DNA of 64,000 bases from Blastocatellia bacterium. GTDB taxonomy: Bacteria; Acidobacteriota; Blastocatellia; UBA7656. Position numbers and translations under genes: made by a program. The notes below the pieces were generated by a model. The model was not told the origin of the DNA. It made no database searches and was given only the letters and a program-made list of their open reading frames with translations. Below are positions 31,165-42,944 of the stretch, in pieces. The DNA is taken from contig CAVXWP010000016.1 of assembly GCA_963765495.1 (NCBI GenBank), positions 128,001 to 192,000 of the forward strand, given 5' to 3'. The first letter of the stretch is position 1. Each line of letters begins with the position of its first letter.

Positions 31165-32370
31165 ATGATCTTCACACACAGCAGGAATATTGCGTTAGTC
31201 GCTCTTTGCCTGATAGTAGCTTTTGGAACGTTGTTGCTTCCAGCTCCATCAATTGTCGCTTCCGACCACGGAGATGCGCCAATCAACTCCAACGATCAGG
31301 GAATTGACCAGGGTGATACCTATGCCTTCCTCGATCCCAACGATAATACAAGGGTCGTTCTCGCACTGACCGTGCGCGGATTTATCGTGCCTGGCGAGGC
31401 AGTCAACTTTGCCTTCTTTGATGATCAGGTGCGATACAGGTTCGAGCTCGAGACGACGGGCGATGCAATACCCGATCAAGCCATCAACGTCACATTTTCG
31501 AAGCGGACATCGACAAGCACTCCGCAAACGGCAACCATCGAATTGCCTTTCGGCCAGAAATTTACCGCGCCCACGACCATAGCGACGCAGGCGGCCCAGC
31601 CAAACCCGTTCACGGTGACTACCGATCCGGCCACCGGGGTTTCGTTCTTCGCAGGCGAAACTGATGACCCGTTCTTCTTCGATATACCCGCCTTCTCCCG
31701 ATTCATTTCATCGATCAGGGCAGGCTCTCCCGACCCGTCGCAGTTCGCGCGTGGGCGCGACAGCTTTGCAGGCTACAATATTCTCTCAATCATCCTGAGC
31801 GTGCCCCGCTCTGTGCTGCGCCTCCAATCCGATAGCGTCATAGGAGTGCAATCGCTCACGCAGCGGCGGCGCAAACGCATTATCAAGGGAGATATGATCG
31901 CCGATCGCGGCGACTATGAAACGCTCGACCGCAGCGCAAATCCCGGCATCAATGCCCTGATCATCCCCTTCGCTCGCAAAGACGAATATAATGCCTCGAC
32001 GCCGGTTGACGATGCGAATGGAAAGTTTGCAAACGACATTATCGCTTTTCTCAAACTGGTAGGCACAAACGACACCAACATAAATATTCTGGCGAATGTC
32101 GTGGTAATACACGGCGATTATCTTCGCCTCAACCTCGCCGTCCCCAACAGCGGATCGGGCGGCGGGACCAGCGCCGGAGCAGGTTATCCTAACGGGCGGC
32201 GACCCGCTGATGATGTGGTTGACACGATCTTTTTCTTTGTGGCCAACCAGAATGTCTTCGGAGATTCCGTCCCGGCCAACGACGTTGCCTTTCTCGACAC
32301 CTTTCCGTTTTTTGCGCCTCCTCATCAGCCGCGACCGGCGGGAACCTTAGATGACAGTACGCGCAACTGA
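31165..32370 (+). CDS. Secreted DUF4331-family protein
   Basis: Signal peptide then ASDHGDAP..D..DTYAF, FAGETDDPFFFD, GYPNGRRPADDVVD, FPFFAPP; AAGGAGG RBS. Confidence 0.85.
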   Translation: MIFTHSRNIALVALCLIVAFGTLLLPAPSIVASDHGDAPINSNDQGIDQGDTYAFLDPNDNTRVVLALTVRGFIVPGEAVNFAFFDDQVRYRFELETTGDAIPDQAINVTFSKRTSTSTPQTATIELPFGQKFTAPTTIATQAAQPNPFTVTTDPATGVSFFAGETDDPFFFDIPAFSRFISSIRAGSPDPSQFARGRDSFAGYNILSIILSVPRSVLRLQSDSVIGVQSLTQRRRKRIIKGDMIADRGDYETLDRSANPGINALIIPFARKDEYNASTPVDDANGKFANDIIAFLKLVGTNDTNINILANVVVIHGDYLRLNLAVPNSGSGGGTSAGAGYPNGRRPADDVVDTIFFFVANQNVFGDSVPANDVAFLDTFPFFAPPHQPRPAGTLDDSTRN

Positions 32371-32380
32371 CAAAAGACGT

Positions 32381-32419
32381 ATAGACTACCATCCGTTCCG
32401 GCACCGGATGGTAGTCTAT
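32381..32419 (+). terminator. 15-bp perfect hairpin after the DUF4331 gene
   Basis: atagactaccatccg-ttccggcac-cggatggtagtctat; U-tract is weak. Confidence 0.6.
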
Positions 32420-32821
32420 TGCTGCTGCCCTGGCTTTGCGGGGCGCGATTCACATGAAAATCGGGCCGGATAAACTCGTTGACTTTAAGTATGCTCTACT
32501 ATAGAATCGCGCTGGCTTGTTGGTAGGATACCCAAAAGGCAAGTAAATTCCTTTCGTGCAAAAACCAGCTTATGGTTGAGGTCATCTTCGATCAAATAAG
32601 TTTCTTGCGGCTCAGGCATCCGAACTAATAATCGCAAGCGTATTTTTGCAGTCAAGTCATTCTTCAGGCGCGTCGGAGCAATATTCATACAAAAGATTGC
32701 TCCGGGTTGAAATGTTGTGCAGATACAAACGAACCAAAACATCTATGAGGATATGACAAACCGATTTTCAGGCGGGACCCGAACCGCTTTGTTTTGAGAT
32801 GAGAAAGGAGTGGATTCGCAC

Positions 32822-33325
32822 ATGCGAAAAAACCTGATCGTAGCAGCAATAGCTGTAGTCTTTGCATTCGGCTCATTCTCTGCCGCATTTGTTCGCGGGC
32901 AAGAGATGAAGCACAACGACAAGAAAATGAAGCACAGCGACAAGAAGATGAAGGAAGAGTCGCTGTACAAGAGGCTGGGCGGAAAGAAATCCATTTCAGC
33001 CGTTGTGGACCAGTTTGTCGATAATGTCGCGCACGATGATCGAATCAACAAGTTTTTTGCGGACACCGCCAAAGATCCCAAACGACTGAAAAAGTTCAAA
33101 GGAAATCTGGTTGACCAGATTTGCCAGGCCAGCGGTGGACCGTGCAAGTATAAAGGCAAAAGCATGAAGGCGGCTCACGAAGGCATGGGCGTAACCGAAG
33201 CTGACTTCAACGCGCTGGTTGAAGATCTTGTTGCGGCGCTCGATAAATTCAAGGTGGGCGAAAAAGAGAAGGGCGAGCTACTGGGCGCGCTTGGACCGAT
33301 GAAGGGCGATATAGTCGAGCAATAA
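32822..33325 (+). CDS. Group 1 truncated (2/2) hemoglobin with N-terminal signal peptide
   Basis: [49 protein letters not shown]; signal-like [22 protein letters not shown]. Confidence 0.9.
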   Translation: MRKNLIVAAIAVVFAFGSFSAAFVRGQEMKHNDKKMKHSDKKMKEESLYKRLGGKKSISAVVDQFVDNVAHDDRINKFFADTAKDPKRLKKFKGNLVDQICQASGGPCKYKGKSMKAAHEGMGVTEADFNALVEDLVAALDKFKVGEKEKGELLGALGPMKGDIVEQ

Positions 33326-33427
33326 CCGGCTATTTGCCACATCGCCTCGGGGCGAATGGCAAAACAGAAAGCCTATCCCCTGATTGATCTGCTCGTTCGG
33401 TCTGGATGAGGGAATGATCGGGAAATG

Positions 33428-33465
33428 AAAGAGGAGTGAGGCGAAATCGTCTCACTCCTCTTTTT
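33428..33465 (+). terminator. Rho-independent terminator
   Basis: aaagaggagtgag-gcgaaatcgt-ctcactcctc-ttttt, between convergent genes. Confidence 0.8.
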
Positions 33466-33494
33466 GTATGGCAGCTTGATGCGCCGTCTTTTGC

Positions 33495-35555
33495 CTAGCG
33501 ATTCGGATGGCGCGGGAACTTTACAAAGGGCAATCTTATGCCGCGCACGAACACGCGGTCGGCGCGCATCTCAGGCGGAGACTCAAATCCCGTGCTTCCC
33601 ATGGTGGCTATGATGTCGTCCTGATCCACACCGTCGCCGCTCAACCCTATGCCCCCGGCGAGCTTTCCGTTTTTGTAAAGAGGCACGCTGCCCGGAAATA
33701 TCTGGTTTCCGTTTCCGAGATTGAAGAAAGATGTGCAAGGAAAGGCTACCGCGTTGAGCAGAGACCCGACATCCTGCCCGTTGGAATTGAGAAATCTCAG
33801 GATATTGCCGTAATACTCATCCAGCACGAGGTCGAGTTGCAGTCCATCGTGGAAAGGAGAGAAGTCTTCGATAGGCACGGAAAACGGTCCGTGCTCAGTT
33901 TCGTCAATACCGTCCGGGAAGAAAGGCCGGCTGAGGAATCCCCCCGCGCGGTCTGAAAAGGCCACAGTCCCGTCAAGACCAAGCCCGTCTGCGGCAGCCG
34001 CGTCAACATACCTGCCAAGTCCGGCCTGTCGTAGCGTTCGGCCCGCTACGGGGTTGCTGAAGAAGGCGGCTGTGCGCGCCTTTTGCGCCGAAACGTCGAA
34101 ACCGAATATAGGGGCGTCAATCGTGCTGAATATACCCAGTATGGTTCCATCGACATCAACGACGGTCATATTCACCTGTGTAGGGCTATTGAGCGGCTGG
34201 CGAATAGCCGCGCGCGTGATAAAGGCCTGGGCCGCCGCCTGGGTTATCACCTGCAATACGTCGTTGGCCGTAAGCACCGAGCCGTTCTTGAACGGGAAGA
34301 AGCGATTATCCACTCTGCCGGGCGGCACTTTATCAGGGTCTGCGCCGGGCAATGTGATGACTCTGAACCTGGACGGTTGAGCGGGCAGCACGGTTGCCGG
34401 GGCCAGAGGCAACCTGTCGGGATGAGCCGGGTCGGGGGCGTTTGTGCACGGGCCTATCAAAGAGCCGGGCAGATTATCAAACGCCTTGAGCGTAAGCGAG
34501 GCAGGCATCGGCGTGTTGACGTATGGAAACCTGATGCCGTTTACGACTATCTTGTCTCCGGTGATTGCGTCCGGGGCCTCGAAACCGCGCGATGCCGCCA
34601 CCGCTACCAGTTCTTCAACCGGCTGGTCTTTGTCTGTCGGGTCGGGGTCGAGGCTATAGACTCCGTCGCCCTCGATGCCGATTCCGCCGACCTTCAGCCC
34701 GTTCTTGTAAAGCGGTATCCCGCCCGCGTCTGCCGAGAGTCCAAGAGGCGCTCTGGCATTGACATCGCTACAGAGAAACTGCGAAAACTGCACGCCAAAC
34801 AGCGGGCCCCCGGGCTGAAAGTTTACGCCCGGAGGGAAATGCTCCTGTACGATAAAGCTTGCCGTGCGCGTGCTGAATGCGTGTCCGCCGCTGCTTAGAA
34901 ACGATCCCGTGACAGCCTTCGATATGGCAGCCGAGCAGGAAGGAACCTTGACACCCTCAAGCCCGCAATTGGGGAAATCTCCGAAACACCGGGTTCCTAT
35001 GCCTACCACTGTATTTTTGGGAGTGCCGTTCATGGTGAAGTTGGCCAGAATGTTGCCTTCCGCATCAACGACGGCTATCGAAGCTCTCAACCCGCTTGCT
35101 TCGGCCTGCGCCACGGCCTGCGCGATTATGGTCTTGACATCGCTTACGGTAAGGCGGGTGTCGTCGGCCACGCTCACGGCTATATGAGCCGTCACAAAGG
35201 AGCCGTTGGGGTTTGTGACCTTCACATCCACCCCATCGGCGATGTCGGCTTCGGCCACGCTCTTTATTACTATCTTGGTCTCGCCTTTGATCTTAGCATT
35301 GCTAAAGCTGATCGGCCCCGCCGCATTAGTGAGCGTCAGCGCCGCCCCTTTTTGAAAATTCTCTCCCTTGATCGTCAGAGCGCCTTTCCGTGGATTGAAA
35401 GAAGCTTTGTCGGAGAAGATGAGCGGAGTCGGTCCCGACTGCAACCAGGCAAGTGAATGTCCACTCAGGCACACCATACCAATCGCTAGAAAGCAACTCA
35501 GGACTATCAGCGCTCGTCTTCCTGAGCGTTTGCGCTTTACAACCATGTATCTCAT
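33495..35555 (-). CDS. Secreted heme-binding protein with two GlcG/HbpS (DUF336)-like domains and an N-terminal Ig-like domain
   Basis: Two copies of the V..II.QA..QA / VVD..G / KA.T..F.S / GG(I/V)PLYKNG..GGIG..GDG pattern; signal peptide with SGRRAL. Confidence 0.8.
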   Translation of the reverse strand: MRYMVVKRKRSGRRALIVLSCFLAIGMVCLSGHSLAWLQSGPTPLIFSDKASFNPRKGALTIKGENFQKGAALTLTNAAGPISFSNAKIKGETKIVIKSVAEADIADGVDVKVTNPNGSFVTAHIAVSVADDTRLTVSDVKTIIAQAVAQAEASGLRASIAVVDAEGNILANFTMNGTPKNTVVGIGTRCFGDFPNCGLEGVKVPSCSAAISKAVTGSFLSSGGHAFSTRTASFIVQEHFPPGVNFQPGGPLFGVQFSQFLCSDVNARAPLGLSADAGGIPLYKNGLKVGGIGIEGDGVYSLDPDPTDKDQPVEELVAVAASRGFEAPDAITGDKIVVNGIRFPYVNTPMPASLTLKAFDNLPGSLIGPCTNAPDPAHPDRLPLAPATVLPAQPSRFRVITLPGADPDKVPPGRVDNRFFPFKNGSVLTANDVLQVITQAAAQAFITRAAIRQPLNSPTQVNMTVVDVDGTILGIFSTIDAPIFGFDVSAQKARTAAFFSNPVAGRTLRQAGLGRYVDAAAADGLGLDGTVAFSDRAGGFLSRPFFPDGIDETEHGPFSVPIEDFSPFHDGLQLDLVLDEYYGNILRFLNSNGQDVGSLLNAVAFPCTSFFNLGNGNQIFPGSVPLYKNGKLAGGIGLSGDGVDQDDIIATMGSTGFESPPEMRADRVFVRGIRLPFVKFPRHPNR

Positions 35556-36000
35556 CATAACCTCCAAACCCGGTTTGCTTTGGTGGGTGCACTCAAGCCC
35601 CAACACAAAAGCGAGAAAATGCTTAAGGATTTTTAGCGCGGATTTTTGCCATAAGCTGTGTAACGAATCTTGAAGTCAAACGACCGCTTACTGCACCCAC
35701 TCCCTTGTTCGATTGTTCAAACGCGTTGGTTGATCAGCCTTTCTAGCCAAAAGCCTTTCGTGCAATAAGAGCCGAATATTATCTTCCTTAATACCTGCAC
35801 CGCCCAAATCCGGCTGCTTTTGGGCGGGAAGTATAGCTTATGAAAAAAAGCGTTGCAAGCGAAAAGACGAAACGCGTCTCTTTGGCCCTCGTGCGAGGTC
35901 TTTACACAGCCAAATAGACAAAGAATTTTTCTCAAAAATCTTTTCTCAGTGTTTTTGCGCAAAAGTAGCCTGTTTGGGTATTTGCGACGAACTTGCACTC

Positions 36001-36030
36001 TTGACTTTAGCTCTCCTCACATGTTATACC
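36001..36030 (+). promoter_or_regulatory. sigma70-like promoter for the multiheme operon
   Basis: TTGACT-18 nt-TATACC with a TGn extension, within an AT-rich divergent intergenic region. Confidence 0.4.
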
Positions 36031-36196
36031 CTCGCCTATCGCGTTGGTTTTGACGTCAATATAGTGTTTGGATTTGCAAACGTACCGCTAAGAGTTGATT
36101 GGCCAATTGAGACAGGAACAGTTCTAACTAACCCCTTCAGTTTAGACCGCTTTGTTAAAGATAGACTCAGGGTTGGCATCTCAAGTGAGGGATCGA

Positions 36197-38551
36197 ATGA
36201 AACTGAAGCTATTCATCGTTGCACTCTATGGACTGACTATGCTCGCGCTCGCGGCCCTGTCTACGAGCACATTCGCTTATTCGGGACCGGATGAAGCGAT
36301 TCAAAGCGAGGGTGAGCGAGTCGCCGTCAGATTCGACATTACAGGCAGACGCGGGCTGGTCATGTTTGACCACAAGCAACACGAGGCCCTGATAAACCCC
36401 GATCCGATCTTCCCTCACAAGACGCCGACCGGAGTCGCATGCATTGGGTGTCATCACACGGTCAAGGACATCACAGATCCAAAAGATTTTCAAAAATGCA
36501 CAAATTGTCACAAAGACCCCGGCAATCCCATAAACCCCGATGACAAGGAAGGCTTTGACCTGAACTCGATGCAGGCGTTTCACCGCCTCTGCATCAGTTG
36601 TCACAGGGCCTCGGCGGATGAGGATTTCAGAGCCGCAAGCGACAGATTCAAAGCCAAGAACGTGCGATTTGCCAATGTCGAGCGAACCATCAAATTTACA
36701 AAGTGCGGCGAGTGCCACGACCGCGACGCCACCTTTACTCCTGTAGCCGGAGAGGTGCTCGCTCAGCCTTCGCCCGACGATTCGCCCGATTTCGCACTGA
36801 GACTGAATCGCGCTCCGGCCCCGAGCGAAATCTTTAAGACGCCCTCAAATCCGCAGCTTGGATTCTCAGGGCCGTCAAGCATCGACAGACAGGAACAGAC
36901 CTCGGCCGATGCCGTGCAGGTTCCCGACCGCTGGCGCATAGGCTTTCCCGATGACCCGCGCTACAAACGCGGCGCGTGGTATAACCCCTATCGCCAGAAC
37001 ATCCTCAAAGGCGATTACCCGATCTTCAAGCAGCACAATTTCATGGTTCTGACGCTTGAAAGCGAGACCCTCGTCACCGCCAGGCGCATCCCTGTTCCAA
37101 GCAACGTCAGCGCGCAGAGACCCGATTCCGAAGAGTTCTTTGGCCGGGGCGGGCAAATCTTTACCCGGGAAAATTTCGTCGCCTCGATAGAGATTTTCCA
37201 CGGCGACACCTCCTATAAGCCTATTGATTGGAGATTCCGCTTCACGCCAAACTTCAACATCAATCACCTGAACACGCAGGAGAACTCTCTGGTCAACATC
37301 AACCCGGCTTTTGGAGCAAATCGGCTTGACGGCTATGTGGGATTTCAAGAGCTTTTCGGTGAAATGAGGCTCGGAGACACGACCAAACTACTTCCGTTCC
37401 TCAGAGGCCGGGGAAGCCAGAAAGGCGAAAGCCCGTACTTCGACACCACGTTTATCCGAGTGGGTATACAACAGTTCCAGAGCGATTTCCGGGGATTCAT
37501 CTTCAACGATTTCAACCTCGGAGCGCGACTCTTCGGACAGGCGGCAAATAACCACTACAACTTCAACGCGGCCTATTTTTACCTGCTTGAGAAAGACACA
37601 AACAGCGAATTGAACACCCGCGTAAACCTCGGCGAGTTCAGAGACCAGTCGCTGTTTATCGCCAACGTCTACAAGCAGGACACGATCTGGAAAGGCTACC
37701 AGACACAATTCAGCTTTCACTTCAACAACGACCGCCCGAGCAGGCACTTCGACGAAAACGATTTCCTTGTGCGCCCCGCCCTTATCGGAGACGCGGCCCC
37801 GCACGGAATCAAGTCTTACTACCTGGGATTTACGGGCGACGGCCACATAGGAAAGCTCAACATAGATCACGCCTTCTATCAGGTTCTGGGCCACGACACG
37901 CGCAATCCGATTGCCGGGCGCGAGGTTGACATAAACGCTCAGATGGCCGCAGCCGAGCTTTCTATTGATCGAGACTGGCTCAGGTTCAAAGGGTCGCTCT
38001 TCTTCGCTTCGGGCGATAAGAAACCCTTTGACGGCACGGCCCGTGGCTTTGATTCGATTGTGGATTTGCCGGAATTTGCGGGAGGCAAATTCAGCTTCTG
38101 GCAATTCAACCCCATCCCCTTCACAAACACGGCTGTACTTTTGACCCAGCCCGAAAGCCTGCTGCCGAACCTTCGCAGCAGCAAGACCGAAGGACAATCC
38201 AACTTTGTCAACCCCGGCATCTTCATCTACAACGTGGGAATCGAGGCGGAGATGACGCCAAAGCTCCGGGGCATCCTGAACCTGAATTACTCGCATTTTC
38301 ATCACACCGAAACGCTCGAACAACTGGAATTCCAACCGGGCATCCGCCGCGACATAGGGATTGATTACGGCGTTGGGGTACTGTATCGCCCGCTTTTGAA
38401 CGAGAACATCGTCATTGCAGGCGGGTTCTCGTCGCTGATCCCCGGCAAGGGGTTCGAAGACATCTATAGCTCTAACTGTAGCGGACAAAATTGCGGGTTC
38501 GCCACGAAGACCCTGTTTTCGACCTTTGTGAAGGTGAAAGTCATTTACTGA
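36197..38551 (+). CDS. Tetraheme class III cytochrome c3 domain fused to a predicted outer-membrane beta-barrel
   Basis: Signal peptide; FDHKQH, CIGCHH, CTNCH, AFH..CISCH, CGECH; then ~550 aa of aromatic-rich amphipathic beta-strands ending FVKVKVIY. Confidence 0.8.
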   Translation: MKLKLFIVALYGLTMLALAALSTSTFAYSGPDEAIQSEGERVAVRFDITGRRGLVMFDHKQHEALINPDPIFPHKTPTGVACIGCHHTVKDITDPKDFQKCTNCHKDPGNPINPDDKEGFDLNSMQAFHRLCISCHRASADEDFRAASDRFKAKNVRFANVERTIKFTKCGECHDRDATFTPVAGEVLAQPSPDDSPDFALRLNRAPAPSEIFKTPSNPQLGFSGPSSIDRQEQTSADAVQVPDRWRIGFPDDPRYKRGAWYNPYRQNILKGDYPIFKQHNFMVLTLESETLVTARRIPVPSNVSAQRPDSEEFFGRGGQIFTRENFVASIEIFHGDTSYKPIDWRFRFTPNFNINHLNTQENSLVNINPAFGANRLDGYVGFQELFGEMRLGDTTKLLPFLRGRGSQKGESPYFDTTFIRVGIQQFQSDFRGFIFNDFNLGARLFGQAANNHYNFNAAYFYLLEKDTNSELNTRVNLGEFRDQSLFIANVYKQDTIWKGYQTQFSFHFNNDRPSRHFDENDFLVRPALIGDAAPHGIKSYYLGFTGDGHIGKLNIDHAFYQVLGHDTRNPIAGREVDINAQMAAAELSIDRDWLRFKGSLFFASGDKKPFDGTARGFDSIVDLPEFAGGKFSFWQFNPIPFTNTAVLLTQPESLLPNLRSSKTEGQSNFVNPGIFIYNVGIEAEMTPKLRGILNLNYSHFHHTETLEQLEFQPGIRRDIGIDYGVGVLYRPLLNENIVIAGGFSSLIPGKGFEDIYSSNCSGQNCGFATKTLFSTFVKVKVIY

Positions 38552-38594
38552 TTTCGACAAGGCGTTGTGTAGTCATTCGCGTTGGGAGATAGAG

Positions 38595-41500
38595 ATGAAC
38601 GTACGTACCAGTAGCGGTCTCAAACTGTCGTTGATCCTGTTGGCAGTCTGCCTTTACACCTTTATCAGTTTCGCCGACACAACCCCCTCTGCGCGGCCTG
38701 CTTCTCCGGCAAAAGAGACCGGCAAGACGAAGGCAACCGATACGAAAGCGACTGAGGCGAAGGCAACTGAGGCGAAGGCAACTGAGGCGAAGGCCGCGGC
38801 GAAGGATTCGGCCAGTAATTCTGCTTCGGCGAAAAAGGATACCGGGAAGGAGTCAAAAGCCCCGGCCTCTGCCGCGCAAAACGCAGGTGGCGCCAAACTC
38901 TGGGGCATGACCAAAGAAGAGGCCGACCGCCGCAGCGCGGGCTGCAATGACTGCCACACCGGTATCGAAGACATGCACAACGGGGCGATAAACCTCGGCT
39001 GCATTGACTGCCACGGCGGCAACGCGGATGTCCGGGCGCAGGGCCTCTCGATGGGGTCAGCCCCCTACAACGAGGCGAAAAAACAGGCGCACGTTCAGCC
39101 GCGCCTCCCCGATCTCTGGAAGACCTCCGCCAATCCCGAACGGTCTTATACAGCCATACTCAGAGAGAGCCAGGAGTATGTTCAGTTCGTCAACCCCGGC
39201 GATCTGCGCGTTGCGCGCCGAAGCTGCGGGGTAGCCGAATGCCACCCCGGCGATGTGCACAACGTCAAGAAGAGCATGATGACTACGGGCAGCATGCTCT
39301 GGGGCGCGGCGCTCTACAACAACGGGTCGTTCCCGTTCAAGGATGCTCAATACGGCGAAAGCTATGACGAGGACGGCAAGCCTCAACGCCTGCAAACGGT
39401 CCCTTCTCCCACGCCCGAAGAGACTCACAAAAAAGGCATTCTCCCCTTTATAGACCCGATGCCCAGATGGGAAGTCTCTCAGATGGGAAACATACTGAGG
39501 ACATTCGAGCGCGGCGGGCGCAAGTCCGCAGAGATAGGCAATCCCCAGCCGGAAGAGCCTCCGGGAAAGCCCACGCAAAACCTTCTGAGCCTCAGAGGGT
39601 TGGGAACCCTGCTCGCCACAGACCCGACCTTTATCGGTCTGCAAAAGACTCGCCTGCTCGACCCGACGCTTAATTTCATGGGGACCAATGACCAGCCGGG
39701 TGACTATCGCTCAAGCGGCTGCACCTCCTGTCACGTCATCTATGCCAATGACCGCGACCCTTACCATTCGGGGCCGTTCGCAAAATACGGCCACACAGGG
39801 TTAAGCGCCAGCGCCGACCCGACCATCCCGAAAAACGAATCGGGGCACCCGATAAAGCACCAGTTTACGCGAGCCATTCCGAGCAGCCAGTGCGTGGTCT
39901 GTCACATGCACCCCGGCACGCTCGTGCTGATGACCTACTACGGCACGATGTGGTGGGATCTTGAGACGGACGGCGAGAAGATGTATCCCAAAGAGCACAA
40001 AGAACTGAGCGCGGAAGAGGAACGAACCATCCTCCAGCGGAACCCGGAAGCGTCGTCGCTCAGGGGTAAATGGGGCGATCCCGAGTTTCTTAGGAACCTC
40101 CGCGAAGAGGTCAATCCCGATCTCAAACACACGCAGTTTGCCGACTTCAACGGTCACGGATGGGTCTATCGAACCACATTCAAAATGGACCGTAAGGGAA
40201 ATTATCTGGATGCCAACGGCGATATCGTCAAGGATGTAACATCGGAAAAACTCAAGAAGGCCGTCGAAGACCCTTATGATGAAAACGCCGATCGCTCAGG
40301 GATTCCCGTTCATCTGAAAGACATTCACCTCGAACGCGGGATGCACTGCATAGACTGTCACTTCCGACGCGACAGCCACGGGAACGGAAATCTCTACAGC
40401 GGGCCTCGCAACGCCATAGAGATTTCATGCGAAGACTGTCACGGCACTATAGACAAACGCGCCGACCCGACATCTCTTGATGCGCGAACATCGGCAGCCG
40501 CGGGCGGCAACCGCATGCTCGAATACCGCAAGGTCTCTCCGCTCGGCGATAACCCGGCCTTAAAGAAAGACAGGTTTTTCAAGAAAGACGGCAAGCTTTT
40601 CCAGCGATCGGCGGTCGAAGCCGACAAGACGTGGGAGGTTAAACAGCTTGTTGACATAATCACGCCGGGCAACCCCGAATACAACGAGAAGGCGGCGCTT
40701 GCCAAGACCGTGCTAAAGGACGGAAAGACCTGGGGCACGGTGCCCGCAGATGATCGCAATCTCGCGCACGCAAACAGCAAGATGACATGTTTTGCGTGTC
40801 ACATGTCGTGGACGCCAAGCTGTTTCGGATGTCACCTGAAGCAGACCGCAAATCAACAGCGCGCGATGCTGCACAACGAAGGCGATGAGGAACTGCGAAA
40901 TTATGTGACCTATAATTTCCAGACCCTCCGCGACGATGTCTTCATGCTTGGGAAAGACGGCACGGTAACAGGCAAACGGTTTGCGCCCATCAGATCGGCA
41001 TGCGCCGTTCTGGTCAGTTCCAGAAACGCCCTTCGCGAATACCTCTACTGGCAGCAGCAGACCGTATCTCAGGAAGGCTACAGCGGGCAGGCGTTCAGTT
41101 CTCACTTCCCGCACACGGTCAGGACCACCGAGACAAAAGGATGCACCGATTGCCATCTGTCTAAGGAAAATGACAACAACGCATACATGGCCATGGTGTT
41201 GATGCAGGGGACGAATTTCTATAACTGGATAGGGCGATACGTCTATGTCGCCACAGGCGAAGGCGGTTATTCGGCCATCGTCGCCACCGAGCGCGAGGAA
41301 CCGCAGGCCGTCATCGGCAGCCATCTGCATAAACTGGCCTTCCCCGAGGAGTACAAGAAACACCAGGAAGACCACGAGGAGCTTCACGAATTTTACGAGC
41401 ATCCGGGCAACGATATAGGCAACTCGCTCAAGCTTTTCGGCAAGGACAAGACCGAAGTGCAAAGCCTTCAGCTTCGCGGCGAATACCTTTATGCCGCGAC

Positions 41501-42944
41501 CGGAGAGGGTGGCTTCCGCATCTATGACGTTGCAAATATCGACCAGAAGGGATTCTCTGAAAGAATGACCACGGCTCCGTTCTCGCCGATGGGACAGAAA
41601 TTCTATATAAAGTCGAAGTACGCGACCGCCATCGCATCGCCGTCAACACTTGCGGTTGACCCGACGGCGACCGTGGGCGAAGTCCTGAAAGAGAAGACGC
41701 GCCGCATCTACCGGCCCGAAAACGACGAAGGAAAGTATCGCGACGACGGGCAGTTGATACCCGCGCTTTACGGCTTCCTCTACGGCACGGACAGGTACGA
41801 GGGGCTTGTGGTCATAGGCAACCCGCTCACCGAAAAGAAAAAAGGACCGGGCGTGGCCACATTGCTCGACGGCGACCCGAACAACAACTTTATCAAGCGC
41901 GCTCTGGCCTTCAATCCTGACGGCCTGCTCAACGGGGCCAACAACATCGTCATCGCGGGTTTCCACGCCTACATAACCTGCGATAAGGGGCTGGTTATCA
42001 TAGACCTTCACGACCCGCTCAAGCCAAAAGTTGTGGGGCAGATCGGAGAGCCGTTTATAAAGAAACCGCGAGCCGTGCAGATACAATTTCGCTACGGTTT
42101 CGTCTGCGACGAGGAAGGCGTAAAGGTCATTGACGTGACCGATCCCGATCACGTTCGTCCGGTCGAAGGCGCGGTCGTGCGGCTCGAAGATGCCCGAAAC
42201 ATCTACCCCGTCAGGACCTATGCTTACGTAGCAGGCGGCAAACAGGGGCTTGTCATTCTCGACATCGAAAACCCGGAAAAGCCGAAACTCGATCAGGTCT
42301 ATAACGCCGACGGGCAGATCAACGATACAAACGATGTGAAGGTGGGCATGACAAACGTGAGCCTGTTTGCTTATCTGGCCGATGGTCACAACGGGTTGCA
42401 GGTAGTTCAACTGATCTCGCCCGAAGATACGCCCGGCCATTACGGGTTCAGCCCCCGCCCGACCCCGCATCTGATCGCGCATCATCACACGCACGAACCG
42501 GCCCTCGCCATAAGCGAAGGGATAGACCGCGACCGCGCCGTGGATGAAAGCGGCAATCAGCTTTCCGTGTTTGGCCGCAGAGGCGCTCGTCCGATGAACC
42601 TCGAAGAACAGCATCGAATGTATATGAAAGACGGGAAGCTCTTTTCCTTCCCCGAAATCAAAGACAGCAACATCAAAAACAACAAAGACATCCGAGACTA
42701 CTTCGGGCCGCCGCCGCTAAACGAGTCGGCCGGTGGCAGCGGGTCGAAACCTGAGGCCCCGAAGGGTACTCAAAAAGAAGAGAAAAAATCGGAAGCCGCT
42801 TCCGGTCACAGTCCGGGACAGGCGCGCCTGGTCGAGCCTGACCAGATCAGGCCAAACGATTCAGCGGAATTGTTCGGGCTTGCGGGTCTGTTTTTGCCGC
42901 TGGCAATAACTCTGTTCCAACAGCGTAGGCGCAACAAAAAGTGA
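38595..42944 (+). CDS. Large decaheme c-type cytochrome with LVIVD-repeat beta-propeller and C-terminal membrane anchor
   Basis: 9 CxxCH plus 1 CX4CH (CGVAECH). LVIVD-like repeats ([46 protein letters not shown]). Ends [24 protein letters not shown]. Confidence 0.85.
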   Translation: MNVRTSSGLKLSLILLAVCLYTFISFADTTPSARPASPAKETGKTKATDTKATEAKATEAKATEAKAAAKDSASNSASAKKDTGKESKAPASAAQNAGGAKLWGMTKEEADRRSAGCNDCHTGIEDMHNGAINLGCIDCHGGNADVRAQGLSMGSAPYNEAKKQAHVQPRLPDLWKTSANPERSYTAILRESQEYVQFVNPGDLRVARRSCGVAECHPGDVHNVKKSMMTTGSMLWGAALYNNGSFPFKDAQYGESYDEDGKPQRLQTVPSPTPEETHKKGILPFIDPMPRWEVSQMGNILRTFERGGRKSAEIGNPQPEEPPGKPTQNLLSLRGLGTLLATDPTFIGLQKTRLLDPTLNFMGTNDQPGDYRSSGCTSCHVIYANDRDPYHSGPFAKYGHTGLSASADPTIPKNESGHPIKHQFTRAIPSSQCVVCHMHPGTLVLMTYYGTMWWDLETDGEKMYPKEHKELSAEEERTILQRNPEASSLRGKWGDPEFLRNLREEVNPDLKHTQFADFNGHGWVYRTTFKMDRKGNYLDANGDIVKDVTSEKLKKAVEDPYDENADRSGIPVHLKDIHLERGMHCIDCHFRRDSHGNGNLYSGPRNAIEISCEDCHGTIDKRADPTSLDARTSAAAGGNRMLEYRKVSPLGDNPALKKDRFFKKDGKLFQRSAVEADKTWEVKQLVDIITPGNPEYNEKAALAKTVLKDGKTWGTVPADDRNLAHANSKMTCFACHMSWTPSCFGCHLKQTANQQRAMLHNEGDEELRNYVTYNFQTLRDDVFMLGKDGTVTGKRFAPIRSACAVLVSSRNALREYLYWQQQTVSQEGYSGQAFSSHFPHTVRTTETKGCTDCHLSKENDNNAYMAMVLMQGTNFYNWIGRYVYVATGEGGYSAIVATEREEPQAVIGSHLHKLAFPEEYKKHQEDHEELHEFYEHPGNDIGNSLKLFGKDKTEVQSLQLRGEYLYAATGEGGFRIYDVANIDQKGFSERMTTAPFSPMGQKFYIKSKYATAIASPSTLAVDPTATVGEVLKEKTRRIYRPENDEGKYRDDGQLIPALYGFLYGTDRYEGLVVIGNPLTEKKKGPGVATLLDGDPNNNFIKRALAFNPDGLLNGANNIVIAGFHAYITCDKGLVIIDLHDPLKPKVVGQIGEPFIKKPRAVQIQFRYGFVCDEEGVKVIDVTDPDHVRPVEGAVVRLEDARNIYPVRTYAYVAGGKQGLVILDIENPEKPKLDQVYNADGQINDTNDVKVGMTNVSLFAYLADGHNGLQVVQLISPEDTPGHYGFSPRPTPHLIAHHHTHEPALAISEGIDRDRAVDESGNQLSVFGRRGARPMNLEEQHRMYMKDGKLFSFPEIKDSNIKNNKDIRDYFGPPPLNESAGGSGSKPEAPKGTQKEEKKSEAASGHSPGQARLVEPDQIRPNDSAELFGLAGLFLPLAITLFQQRRRNKK
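38727..38792 (+). repeat. In-frame 15-bp tandem repeat (KATEA)n in the N-terminal linker
   Basis: acgaaggcaaccgat acgaaagcgactgag gcgaaggcaactgag gcgaaggcaactgag gcgaag. Confidence 0.8.

Noticed and set aside
32485-32742. 85-aa ORF in the AT-rich gap before the globin gene
   Set aside because: Atypical composition, no RBS and no recognisable motif; more likely promoter DNA.
35560-36196. CRP/FNR site upstream of the multiheme operon
   Set aside because: Only half-sites were seen by eye (e.g. TCACA near 36017); no convincing TGTGA-N6-TCACA or TTGAT-N4-ATCAA.
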